A stretch of DNA of 64,000 nucleotides from Trypanosoma brucei (lineage: Eukaryota): the NCBI GenBank assembly GCA_000002445.1, contig CP000069.1:1088001-1152000 (forward strand). Direction: 5' to 3'. The translations under genes were made by a program, and so were the position numbers. Positions within the stretch are counted from its first letter, which is position 1. Every line of letters begins with the position of its first letter. The notes beneath the pieces were generated by a model. It did not search any database. It had not been told where the DNA came from and saw only the letters and a list, made by a program, of their open reading frames with translations. Positions 48,745 to 59,973 of the stretch are shown here, piece after piece.

Positions 48745-50092
48745 ATCGGGCCCAATACCACGCAAGGCAATGAATTTGCTCCTTACCGCGAAAAGAACAG
48801 GCAAATATTAACGATAATAATAACAATATCTTAACAATGGTTTTACTAATACGAACTTAGACTATGTGATACGACGGGAAAGAGGGGGGATTTTCTATTG
48901 CCTTGATCTTAAATCAAATCACTATCGTCAATAGTATCGGATAATGAAGAAGTTTTTAAATATATATATGTATGTATATATATCCTAATTTGCGTAAATG
49001 ACTTCCGCTACTCCTTTTTTGAAGTTACTTTGTCATTACAAACTAATTTTATTAAAACGTTGTGAAAAAAAATATAAAGAAGAAAAAAAAGAAGAAAACA
49101 CAAAAGAAAATAAGTAAATAATAAATAAATCGATAAATAAATAAAGATATGGAAAGAAACTAGAGCTCGCCCCCCACACGCACACACACGAAGGACAGCA
49201 CCAGAGCGAAAAAAAAAACACTCAACACATTCGGAATGAACAGGAGTAACTTGAATGAGGCGAAAGGACGTGGGAAGGTTATTTCATCTTATTGATTCCT
49301 CTTTATTTTTGTTTTGTTCTTGCTAACGAAAAAAAAAAAGAGTTCCTTCCCTCACTCTCTCTCTCTATTTATCCTTTTTTCTTCTTCGCCTCACCCCACA
49401 CATTATTCTCATCTGTTGTTTCTCCCTTTCCTTTCATTTGATTTCTTTGAAATTGTTTGGTCGTCTCTACATCGTTCCCTTCCCTTCATTCTTTTGACGC
49501 CTGATTCTTTTTTTTTCTTTTTTCATTCTTTCCTTCTTTATTTTTTGTTCATTTTTTTTGTTTTTTGTCCGCTCATCCCAATTTTTCCCCTCATTTCTCT
49601 CCTCTTGTGCATTTTATTGTTCTGTTTCATTTCTGTTTCACACTCCCTTCTCACCTTATTTCTCTGTTCATTCTGCTTATTATTATTATTTTATTTTTCC
49701 CTTCTTTATTCGTTTCAACCCTCCACCTTTTCTTTTCCAGTTCCTCCTCACATCGTCATCGTTTCGATCTTATGTTTCGGAAGGAACTCATTTGCCGGTA
49801 ATAAATGATAGTGACTATAAATGAGAATAACAATAATAATAATAATAGTAGTAGGGGTGACCACGATGGTTGCAGAATAGGAGGAAGGAGATAAGAGGGA
49901 AGGAAATTGTCGTGAAGAATAAAGAAAATAAAAGGAAAAGAAAGTCACACGGAGTAGTCAAAAAAAAATCAATAGGTCTCCCGTCAGTTTATTTTTGCAT
50001 ATAAGAAAAGGGGAAAAGGGGGAGGAAGTAACTGCCGTGTTGAAGTTATATCACAACTTTTCCGGATGATTCCCTTTCTTTTTCTCTTTTCT

Positions 50093-50122
50093 TTTTGCTT
50101 TCTCTCTCTCTCTATATATATA
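50093..50122. repeat. (CT)n(AT)n compound microsatellite
   Basis: Direct reading: tttctctctctctctatatatatat. Confidence 0.8.
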
Positions 50123-51326
50123 TCCTTTTTTTTCTCTTTTTTGGTACTTCACGACTACTACCTTTCCATTTCCACTCACTCTTCTACCGTTAAATCAATT
50201 CTGTTTTTCCCCACTTTCAACCTCACATATGGTAATCATAGAAATAATTCGAAAAGGAAATAAATGGGGACAAAAGGCACACCCCCCAAAAAAAAAAATC
50301 TTTCTGCCCACATGCAAAAGAACTCACGGACAAAAAGTATAATGAAGTAATAAATGTACTGCCATATACATATATGTATATATTCTTTTGTTCCATTCTA
50401 ATAGAACATGCTGCAGTCAGAGAAAGGGCCAGGCACTTCAAACGGAAAGAAATGGTTGGGTTAGAATGAAACAAAAAAGAAGAAAAAAAGAAAGACCCGG
50501 AACAAAATGAAAAGGGAGGGCTACACACACGAAAGAACCGTTGACAAAATTAAAAAAAAAGGAAAACGACTGGGAGATAGTTGAGGCTAAACCAACCGCC
50601 AACCAGTGATGAAACAGGAATTGAATGGATTACAAACACCAAAAAAGGGGGGAAATGTCACCCTTCCCGCTCCCCTTCAATACAGCAATCCTCTACAGGG
50701 AGATATGGGAATATAATATTTTGCCTTAAGGGAACTTGATGGAAGCAGAAAATCACAACAAAAGGGACGCTAAATGGCATTTCCAAACAGCGGGAAACCA
50801 CCGGACAGAAACGGCCATTCAAAATTGATATCAACTAACTTCACTATCAGAGCCCCATTGCTGTTGCCTCTCCAGTAACTTGAGAACACTCTCAATATAA
50901 CATCCACATTCTCATTTCTATTTCTTCCGTTTCCTCCTCTTCCTCTTACTCACTTTGCCACATCCACGCTAAAAAAGAAATAATTATCGCAAAGAATCAA
51001 CTTTGTATAATCCGCGCGCTGCTGAATGGTCCCCGCCCACCTGATACGACTCGCGAGTGGAGTGGAGTGGAAGGTGTGAAAGATGTCGAAATTAGAGGGA
51101 AGAGTTCAACCAAATAAACAAATTCACAAGGGAGCAAAAACAGTTATTATAACACATAATTGTGAAGCAATCCAATCATCTCTTGTTTGTAGAGACGGCA
51201 GTAAACCTCCTTTCCCCCTTCTTCTTCTCTTCCTTCTCCTCCTCCGCGCCAATTTTTCAATCAAAATTCCCTCATTTCCTTTTCCCTGTCGTTTTCCTAC
51301 ATTTTCAACGGCGATACCAGTCCTCT

Positions 51327-51887
51327 CTAATTGTTCTTCTTTGTCAACTGGTCCACTTTTGTGCGGAGGGCACCCAAATGCTCCTCAGCCATAGCCATGA
51401 TATCTGCAGTTGCATTATCAATAACCTCCTTGTTCTTCTCATACACCACAGGAGCAGTGAAGAGTAGTGTAACGATAAGACCAAGAACAGCCATATCAGA
51501 AAAGTAGTTCCCAACAATGGCCAACACAACAGTAAGTGCAGCAATTGCACCAGACTGCTTCCTGTCCCTCCATGTGACCAAATCGTAGATCTTTTGTAAC
51601 ACCAAAACGGCGTAGGGTGCGAAGCAATCGGCGAAACGGTCCACCATCATTTGAATATCATCATTGGTATAAGTTCCCCATTTCATGAATCCCATAAGCG
51701 GCATAGCAGCAAAAAGGACTTGCAAGAGGCGGCAGAGAAAAGTTACCACGGTATATTTCATGTACCAAAAGAATAAAATAGTGCTGAGTAGCACAGCAAA
51801 GAGGCTACCAGTTGCTGTGGGGCGGTGCCACGACAAAACCTCCCATGGAGTCAGTCCCTTTAGCTGGTTGCAAAGGAAACAGGACAT
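51327..51887 (-). CDS. Small membrane protein with two hydrophobic hairpins, reticulon/REEP-like (tentative)
   Basis: A 186-aa ORF. Two long hydrophobic blocks (SLFAVLLSTILFFWYMKYTVVTFLCRLLQVLFAAMPLMGF and AIAALTVVLAIVGNYFSDMAVLGLIVTLLFTAPVVY), each about 35 aa, are separated by a hydrophilic loop and followed by a short helical tail. This topology is typical of reticulon-homology domains. No sequence-level family match can be made by eye. Confidence 0.4.
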   Translation of the reverse strand: MSCFLCNQLKGLTPWEVLSWHRPTATGSLFAVLLSTILFFWYMKYTVVTFLCRLLQVLFAAMPLMGFMKWGTYTNDDIQMMVDRFADCFAPYAVLVLQKIYDLVTWRDRKQSGAIAALTVVLAIVGNYFSDMAVLGLIVTLLFTAPVVYEKNKEVIDNATADIMAMAEEHLGALRTKVDQLTKKNN

Positions 51888-52253
51888 GATTTCCTTTTCT
51901 GTGTTTTTTTTTTCCTTTTCCTTCTTTAATCTGCTGTTCAGACGCTCTTGTTCTTCACCTTTAAAAGGAAACCTTTTTATTTTTTTAAATAAAGCTCCGT
52001 ATTCCGCGTGCTTACCTTTAATTCTTTTTCCTTTTTCTTTGGATGCTTGAGAACCTAAACCCCAGTATGTTGCGTGGTTGAGCGTGTTTAGAACAGTTTA
52101 ACGAAAGGAGAGAAAACGCAAGCGGTTCAATGGAAACGAAACACGAGATGACAAGTATTACCGAAGCGAAGAAAAAAAAAAAGCAATGTATTGCATAGTT
52201 GTTTCAAACGCCCCTCTTCGACTCATCCATAACTTAGGAATAAAAAAATAAAT

Positions 52254-52298
52254 TATATATATATATATATATGGAGAGAGAGAGAGAGAGAAAGAAAG
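52254..52298. repeat. (TA)n(GA)n compound microsatellite
   Basis: Direct reading: tatatatatatatatatatggagagagagagagagagaaagaaag. Confidence 0.9.
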
Positions 52299-52488
52299 AT
52301 ACGGAAGGGGTGAATAGATAAAGAAAAAGTTGACATGGTAGGCGAAATGAGCCTACTTACTTCATTTGAAGTGCATTGAAGCACATCAGCATTCACAACT
52401 ATGATTCACTGGACATGAGTTCAAAAACATGCTGTAACAGTTCTCTGTCAAAGCTTTTTTGTTCCGTTTGTCGGTAACCCGCTAATTA

Positions 52489-52518
52489 CACACACACGTA
52501 TATATATATATATATATA
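52489..52518. repeat. (CA)n(TA)n compound microsatellite
   Basis: Direct reading: cacacacacgtatatatatatatatatata. Confidence 0.9.
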
Positions 52519-52865
52519 CAAAAATATATAAGCAACAAATATTCAGTTGTATATAGATACAAACAATAACCACTTGTAAAAAAATATATATATGTATATA
52601 GCAATGTCCGCATGCGCGCTAATCAATTCTGCGGTCCTCAGAAGGATGTCGATAACACAGACGATTTGCGCTGCCTTTCTTCCTTTTTTTTTCTTTAATG
52701 CGTGTGTTCGCGAGGACTAAAAGGGAGAAAGGATAACGGAAACTCATGCAACAGTACGTTAGTGTCTCATCTAATCTCAAATTTGGGAGATTCGATGAAT
52801 AACAACCTGAACAAATATATTCTCACTATTATTTATTTTTTTTCCATGTATTTACACTAATATTT

Positions 52866-53735
52866 TCACGTGGATGGATATGGACAAACACGGTACGCCT
52901 TGTGAGCTAATGTCAGTGACCAGTCATCATATTCAATACCCTTAACACACATCTGTTCCATTATGGCCTCTACGCCTTCACTAATAAGTTGAGCAGTTAG
53001 GCCTGGTTTCGGTCCATCTGTATAAAGTATTAACATTATATGATATTGTGTCACATCTGCACGCCGCTGTGTATATTCCTCCCAGTGTTCCATGGCTGCA
53101 AAACAACTGGTCAAATGATGCTCGCCATAACCCGTCACACGGTGATAATTCCTAAGAGATAATCGAAGGGGTTCACTCACGTCGATAGCATCAAAACAAT
53201 GACTGCGTAAAGCCTTAGAAAGTAAATTGTCAATATCGTTCCGTGTCTCCACTGAGGAAAAGAGATAATAAAACATCTGTCTCTGTTCATGATATCTTTC
53301 ATCCTTAGATTTATACCGGTAATAAGAATGGGTATAATCGCCCTCATCATCCTTTTGTTTTGATGACGATTCATGAGAGGAACCATCAAATTCACTGTTA
53401 GAGCGAGGGCCCGTCTTTACAAGTTTCTCACAGCACGACTCATACGCCCAGCGGATGCGACGAAACCCCTCTTCCGTTCCTCCAACATCCGGATGTTCCG
53501 TTTGGCATTTGCTTCGATACGCCGCTTTCACTGTTGTCATGTCACTATTGTTGCTAATACCCAATGCATCAAATGGACATGACTTCGATTTGGTGTTGTC
53601 ATCTGCCGTGAAACCACAGCTAATGTACCGCATTGATGAGGACACGAATGCAATAAAAGCAAAGCATTTCCATGTTTTAACCGCAGCACGTCGGACTTTC
53701 AACATGAAGGTGGTAGAACTACAAAACAATGGCAT
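52866..53735 (-). CDS. J-domain (DnaJ/HSP40-like) protein
   Basis: J domain with HPD: CPFDALGISNNSDMTTVKAAYRSKCQTEHPDVGGTEEGFRRIRWAYESC. The N-terminus is hydrophobic and basic (MPLFCSSTTFMLKVRRAAVKTWKCFAFIAFV), possibly a targeting or anchor sequence. No other domains were recognised. Confidence 0.7.
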   Translation of the reverse strand: MPLFCSSTTFMLKVRRAAVKTWKCFAFIAFVSSSMRYISCGFTADDNTKSKSCPFDALGISNNSDMTTVKAAYRSKCQTEHPDVGGTEEGFRRIRWAYESCCEKLVKTGPRSNSEFDGSSHESSSKQKDDEGDYTHSYYRYKSKDERYHEQRQMFYYLFSSVETRNDIDNLLSKALRSHCFDAIDVSEPLRLSLRNYHRVTGYGEHHLTSCFAAMEHWEEYTQRRADVTQYHIMLILYTDGPKPGLTAQLISEGVEAIMEQMCVKGIEYDDWSLTLAHKAYRVCPYPST

Positions 53736-54567
53736 ACATTCGCTTTAATATTAATAGAGGGGTTGGAACTAATCAACAACACTTCCTGAAGGACGTAATG
53801 TAAGATATGAAGGAAGAAATATGTGAGTAAAGAAAGAAGGAAAGAAACTCAAAACAGAATAAGGCAAAATAAAGCAAAATAAGAGAAACAGGGTTCGAGT
53901 AACAAAAACTGAAATAAAAATGAGTTAGAGGCGAGACTTTGTTGCTCTCGCACCTCTTTGGAAGGTCATTTACCATTTTTACTCAGGTCGAAGTGTGGCC
54001 ACCGACACATTTATGCTCAGGCTCACACATCAGAATCTCCATATTTTTATTTTGGTTACCATCCACCATAACAAGGAAGCAACAACTGTCGCGTAAGTTC
54101 ACTCGAATATTCGCATAATTATACATCCTCGCTTTCGTTCTTAGGATTGCATTCCTATCGAAGATAGGATACACACGCATTTATGTGTGCGAATAAAACT
54201 AGTACAAACATTTAAAAAAAACCAAGATAATAATAATAATAATAATCATCATCATCACCCAAACCATCCCTCTCCCTTCCCCACCCACTCTCTTTTCCCC
54301 TGGGTTTAAATGATTTAGCCTTCTTAGCCGAAACCTGGAGAGCGCAACACCATATAAATGACGACAGTGTAGAAACTAAATAATAAAAAGTAAAATCACA
54401 AGAAGCATGCAACAGCATGTCTCATCCACCGACGGTAGCATTGGAGTTATGGGAGCTACCTCTCAAGAAAAGAACAGCGAAATAATAATAATAATGATAA
54501 AGAAATAAATAAATACATACAATGAAGGGAAAATAAGGTCAAATCTATTGACACAAACCATAACGAC

Positions 54568-55743
54568 CTAACAGCGAACAACAGCATTGGAATCTGAAAG
54601 TGCTGCGCTCCAGCTCCTTAAGAGACCTTTCCCTGCACGAAGAAAATCGCCTACAAAATATTTTGGTTTTTTATCACGGTAAAGGGCCCACCGCCGCAGA
54701 AATTCTTCCCTTCCAAGGAACCGAGCACCATAACTCCCTTCGTATTGCTTCATATACTCAATTTTGTCCCCCCAGTACCACATGTTATACCCGCAAGCTT
54801 GCAATGCAGCACCCATAACTTTCGTGATGATGGTTCCATAACTCTCAGTGGTGCGTTGGCAAGTAAACATCGTGAAATCGTGAAATACCGAGCCGATGCC
54901 GAACCCCAAACAACCAGCAACAGCAGTGCCGGTGCTCTCCTCAATAAGTTCCACTGCCAGTATACCTACATTTAGTTGCTTATCATCACCCATATCAGTA
55001 AGTGCTTCTATGAAGTTATCATTAAGCCATGTGCTACCACATCGTTGTAAGTGATATTCCTGTGCTGTCCGCAACGAATTGCTGAGGTCGCGGTTTACCG
55101 CAACGGAGTAAAGGCCGGAAGATACAAGGCGCTTAACTTTTTTGTTCCTCAACCAGGGGTATTCTTCCCTTTCCAAATCCAAACAGTAACGACCCTGTCG
55201 GTAGTTGGGGAGTGAGCAAAGGCCAAGACTCTGGGACAGTGGAAGTGGGAAGAGGGTCTGATAGAAAAGTCTCGCAATTAACTCCTTTAGGCAATGCTTC
55301 GAAAGGTATATAAACATATAATCCTTGGGTTGCGCCAATAGACAGTCCAAAAAGTCGCTGCGACAAAGAATTGTGGCATCGTAGATAAATGATACGGGAT
55401 CTCGAATACCACATCCGAGCGGTAATGTGTTGTAAGAGAAGCAATATTTTGTAGATTCACTTCTTATCAAAGGGGATGTGCCCCTTGCATCACTCAAGTG
55501 TTCGTCACTATCGCCATTCAACGTTAAACATATGTCATAACTACGATTAGGAAACAGGGCCCACAGTGTTGCCCGATACTTCACTTTTTCCTCTTCATCG
55601 ATAAGTTGTTTCGCACTAACCGGGAACTGCTGCTGCGACGGTTCGTCGCAAACCCAACCGGAAGCACTGCAGCTACTAATGGAGAAAGGGACTGAAGCAA
55701 CAAAGTCGATGCAATTAGCATGCGACAAACCACACACATCCAT
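54568..55743 (-). CDS. Leucyl/phenylalanyl-tRNA--protein transferase (bacterial Aat-type, L/F-transferase family) homologue with N-terminal extension
   Basis: The C-terminal half reads ...LAVELIEESTGTAVAGCLGFGIGSVFHDFTMFTCQRTTESYGTIITKVMGAALQACGYNMWYWGDKIEYMKQYEGSYGARFLGREEFLRRW. It parallels the E. coli Aat core (...[69 protein letters not shown]) in motif order and spacing. Confidence 0.6.
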   Translation of the reverse strand: MDVCGLSHANCIDFVASVPFSISSCSASGWVCDEPSQQQFPVSAKQLIDEEEKVKYRATLWALFPNRSYDICLTLNGDSDEHLSDARGTSPLIRSESTKYCFSYNTLPLGCGIRDPVSFIYDATILCRSDFLDCLLAQPKDYMFIYLSKHCLKELIARLFYQTLFPLPLSQSLGLCSLPNYRQGRYCLDLEREEYPWLRNKKVKRLVSSGLYSVAVNRDLSNSLRTAQEYHLQRCGSTWLNDNFIEALTDMGDDKQLNVGILAVELIEESTGTAVAGCLGFGIGSVFHDFTMFTCQRTTESYGTIITKVMGAALQACGYNMWYWGDKIEYMKQYEGSYGARFLGREEFLRRWALYRDKKPKYFVGDFLRAGKGLLRSWSAALSDSNAVVRC

Positions 55744-56968
55744 TACCTAAAGAAGTCAAGCAGTAAGTCCCTCGCGCCTACCAAAACCAAAAAAAAAAAA
55801 ACAACAACAACTAAAATAACAACCCCACAGGGCCTGGTACAATATAAAACAAAGAGAGAAGGTTGTCGAATAAACCGCTGACAACGTGGAAGAGGCGGAA
55901 ACCGAAACACGACATACACATGCATGAAGACAAACATACACACACAAAAAAAAAACAAAAAGAAACGTTCGATGACATCAACACAAGTAAGAGCGACCTG
56001 ATGCAACAAACCACACGCAGCACAACGAACCAATACATATATATATTCAGTTATCCTTATGTGACAAGAGGTAAACGCACTTCCCATTTGACATCATCAG
56101 GTAAAACTGACGAAAAGAATCAACACCTCTTGCGGCACGGATGCGTTGAAAAATATATATATATTCCAACGTTACAGCAGGGACAACAAAAATAACAACA
56201 ACAACACAGAATAGTAGTAGCAATAATAATAATAATAATAGTGGCACGCCGTCACAACCAATATTCTGCCTCCTGTCGCCTCCATCTCGCGCAAAAGTCT
56301 ATGCAACCTTTCATCACTAGAAATTATGTAAGCGGAAAAAAGAGAACCTAGAGCAAAGAAAAAAATTAATTTTTGTACAGTTGCGAAAAAAGGGAAGAAA
56401 AAAAAAGGAACCCATAGCAGACGCGTTCGGCTGGTTAGGAACCAAACCCAACCAGTTGGAGCTCACATGACTTATTTGGTGGATTCCATCCCCTTTGTTT
56501 TTTTTGTTTTATTGTTATTAATTTTTGTTTCTTTCGACACCTGGTTATAACCAAAGTGTAATTCCCTTTTTGAGGAAGTCAAAACATCGTTTATGCGAGC
56601 GACTGTGCGTGGGCCTCTAAGGAGAAGAGAAACTCAAACCAGCGCGCAACATGTAGAACTAACAAAACAGAATGTTGGAAAGTCTTCTGCAGTACGCATT
56701 TCCGGTTACTGTTTTCCTCCCCTTCAACAACAACAACAACATAAGACAAAAAAGTGTGGGACTGGTCCTGAGGGTGCACGACTCACTTCCACAACGTAAA
56801 ATACATCGCCAATGTTTCAAAGACGGCGTAAAAAAGTGAGGAAGCGGTCCTTCGCAAATACGTATGTTTTGTTCTGCTTTCGTTTTATTTAGATTGTTTC
56901 CCCTCCTTTGATAACTTTGCTTTTGATTACTCCCTTCGGCCACTATTTCGTATCTTCGCCTTTTGTTT

Positions 56969-57613
56969 TCAATATGGCCCACCGCGTCCCCTGCCTCGAC
57001 CTCGGCCACGCACACCACCGCGGTACGGACTAAAGTTCATGCCAGCGGGGCCTCCCATCATCGTTGCCATCATTGTGGCTGCCATGGCCATTTGTTGTTG
57101 CATGGCGTTGGCTCCACCGCCTCGGAAACCACCTCGAGGGAAACCACCACCAGCTCCTCCACCTCTACCGCGTTGAAAAGCCGGAATATTGTCACGTTTC
57201 ATCGCCACCGTCAGAGGTTTTCCATGGAGGGATTGTCCATTCTTCACAATAGCAGCAGCAGCTTGCTCCACAGTTTCAAACTCAATATACGCTGTGCCCT
57301 TTTGCTGACCGGTGAATTTGTCGCGCAACATCGTGAGACGCTTAATGGTCCCGCATGCACTAAAAAAGACGCGAAGATCACTCTCCGTCGTGCGCGGGTC
57401 CATCCCGCCCACAAAAACCGACGTGTTTTTCGACGCCACAACGCCGGTAGTCTTACGCTGCCCCTCATCTTGGGCTGCCGTTTCCTGCAGCGTTTTCAAC
57501 CGAAGGTCCTCCTGAAGGTCATTTACTTGGCGCTGCATTTCTTGCAGCTCAAGCTCCGGATCAACTTCCGTGTTGAACAGTACGTTGTCTCCATCCGACG
57601 GGTCTGATGCCAT
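56969..57613 (-). CDS. Nuclear poly(A)-binding protein PABPN1/PABP2-like (coiled-coil + single RRM + RGG/Met-rich tail)
   Basis: N-terminal acidic coiled-coil (ELELQEMQRQVNDLQEDLRLKTLQE). A single RRM with RNP-1-like KGTAYIEF and RNP-2-like VFVGGMD. The C-terminal tail is RGGGAGGGFPRGGFRGGGANAMQQQMAMAATMMATMMGG...RGRGRGRGRGGPY. The preferred start is the Met at 57611-57613 (MASDPSDGDN). The 282-aa ORF extends further upstream into low-complexity sequence. Confidence 0.7.
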   Translation of the reverse strand: MASDPSDGDNVLFNTEVDPELELQEMQRQVNDLQEDLRLKTLQETAAQDEGQRKTTGVVASKNTSVFVGGMDPRTTESDLRVFFSACGTIKRLTMLRDKFTGQQKGTAYIEFETVEQAAAAIVKNGQSLHGKPLTVAMKRDNIPAFQRGRGGGAGGGFPRGGFRGGGANAMQQQMAMAATMMATMMGGPAGMNFSPYRGGVRGRGRGRGRGGPY

Positions 57614-59973
57614 ACTTAATGGTGAGGCGTGCGATTCGGCTTTTGCCTTGTGTATATAAATACAAATATATTTGTATAAATATATGCACACGTGTTTTCT
57701 TTTTTTGTGTGTGTGTCCGCCTCTTAATTGGCAACAACAAACAAACAGGGATGAACAAGCAAATAAATATAAATAAATACCCAGATTTTTTTTAAAAAAG
57801 AGGGGGAGGCAATCCAAAGAAAGCGAAAGCAGCTGCGGGTGAAAATTTGTTGGTGCAACGTTGGAAAGAATCTATAAAAATGCTGACAAAAAAATAAAAA
57901 CAAAAAAAAAGAGCAAGCACTACGTGCGGAGAAGCTCTCAAAGAACGAGGAGAGAAATGAGTGGAAAGATAAAAACGGGTTACAATTTTTCCAATGCCTT
58001 TCCCCCTCTCTCCCCCCCCCATTTTGTTTGTGAAGCGCCTTAATTTTCTGTTCTTTCCGTCACACAAGTCCTTTTTGTTGTTTAAACTAACAGACGCGAT
58101 ATCAGTTGTGTATCATTTCCTTTTTTTTCTTTCTTTCTTTTTTTTTCTCTTGGAGGATGAATTGCCGGTATTTTTTTTTTTTTTTCATTTTATTTCCGTG
58201 TGCATAAACAAACAAAGAGGAAAGGGAATAAAGGGGGTTTGCGTCGGTGTATCAAATGAACTTTCTGTTTGTAGTAATTTTTTTTGTTATTTTAAATTCT
58301 ATTTATTTGTTTGCCATTTTTTACTTTTACCTTTACAGTCTCTTCCACACTGCCTTTCTTCTGGCTTTGAGTTGTTTATATATCGCATTAGCGAGTTTCT
58401 ACGAGGAAAAAAAATATAAAAAAAACGGAGGAAGTTTGGTGGTGCTGTAGACCAAACAACAAGAAAAAAAAAAGTGAGGAAACGCAACAAAAAAAACTAA
58501 AAAAAAAAAGAATTAACTCTCTTTCATACCACAAACCAGTAACAAAATAAATAAAAACACGAACACTATTCATTTCTTTTTTTTTTTAAGTTTCCCTCAT
58601 TTTCTTCGCTGCTGCCTCACAGTTTTCCATTAAAATACTCTCACGGCTGTGTTTTGTTCAAACCACTGCAGACGACAAAAGGAAAAACAAAATGAGGGAT
58701 TAAAATGCTGCAAAAATACGCATTTTGTTGCATATGAGACACCCGCAGCTATGAAAAATAGAGGGAAAAAAATAAGAATTTATAATTCAAAACCACTGAA
58801 GAGTTTGACAAAAAAAAAAAAAAGAAAGACACAGAGAGCCAAAGAGAGCAACGAAGAACACAATAATACAAATGGAGGGGAAATAAGAATAACAAAAAAA
58901 AATATAAGAAAAAAAACAGAAATATATATTAAAGGCATAATATCACAAACCACGACATAATAATGATGATGATAATAACACGTACAACAACAACAAAAAA
59001 AAAGAAAATGCACACGGAAATGCCCGAGTGAGTAAAAATAAAAAGACGTAAAAAAAAAATAAGACGCGATAAATCAAACGGTGCTGCGTTAAACGTTTCA
59101 CCTCGACAGCTCCCTGAACCGAATGGTTCACATCTATCCGATCACTCATAGAATCAAAAAGTAAAAAAATAAAATAGAATAATGTTATAGTAAAAAACAA
59201 AAGTGGTGGAAAAAAATTAATAAAAATAGTGATACTAAAAATAACACACAATACAAGAGCATAAAAACAAGAAAAATATCCCACATTTTACTTTATTTAC
59301 TGGATTCACGTGCATGTGATAAGTGGAATTGAATGCGCAGCAGCAAGAAAACAAAAAAAAACGTGTTATGCAGCACTTTCAAAAAGGATTTAAAAAACGT
59401 ATATTGACAAAAAAAAACACAAACAACAAAAATGGGAAGAGGGAAAAAAAAGATATAAAACGTACCAAAGGATCAAACGACGGGGGAACGGAATAAAATT
59501 ATTATTATTGTTATTATGGTAGAATGATGGTACGAGCAACGTAACGATTAAACCAAAAGAAAAAAAAGTAAGGTAGTACACACTGCATCCCGCCACTTTT
59601 TCCGATACAAAAGCATCAGAAGGTTGAAACTGAGAGTGATTTATAAGCTGGAGAAGAAAAGGTAAAAATAACAAAACCAGTATCGAAAAGCACCAATAGA
59701 AAGGTTTTAAAAAAAAATAATAAGATAAAACGCAAACGCCCGTCCACACACATATTTATATTTATTTATATATGTGTGTGCACAAAGTCTGGGAGACAGT
59801 CCGTAAGCGAACAGTATCACTAAAATCACTACAGAAAAACAAAAAAGGGTTTTTTTTCGCAAAATGGTCCTCAGGAAAACCGCATCTCTTCTTTCCACAA
59901 CATAAAATTTCAATGAAGAAAAAAAAATGACAATATTAACACACAAACACAAGTATAACATGCGGCACACAGC

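Noticed and set aside
49314-49824. Plus-strand ORFs in the 49.3-49.8 kb pyrimidine tract (164 aa, 88 aa and 78 aa, all Phe/Leu/Ser-rich)
   Set aside because: These are translations of CT-rich low-complexity DNA (FLFSFLLYFLFIFFVF...), on the wrong strand for this transcription unit, with no start context.
13787-55743. Possible functional cluster of tRNA-linked enzymes (CLP1 kinase, PTH2 hydrolase, L/F-transferase) within 42 kb
   Set aside because: Kinetoplastid polycistrons are not operons and neighbouring genes are functionally unrelated as a rule. The three genes are separated by many unrelated genes, so the grouping is most likely coincidental.
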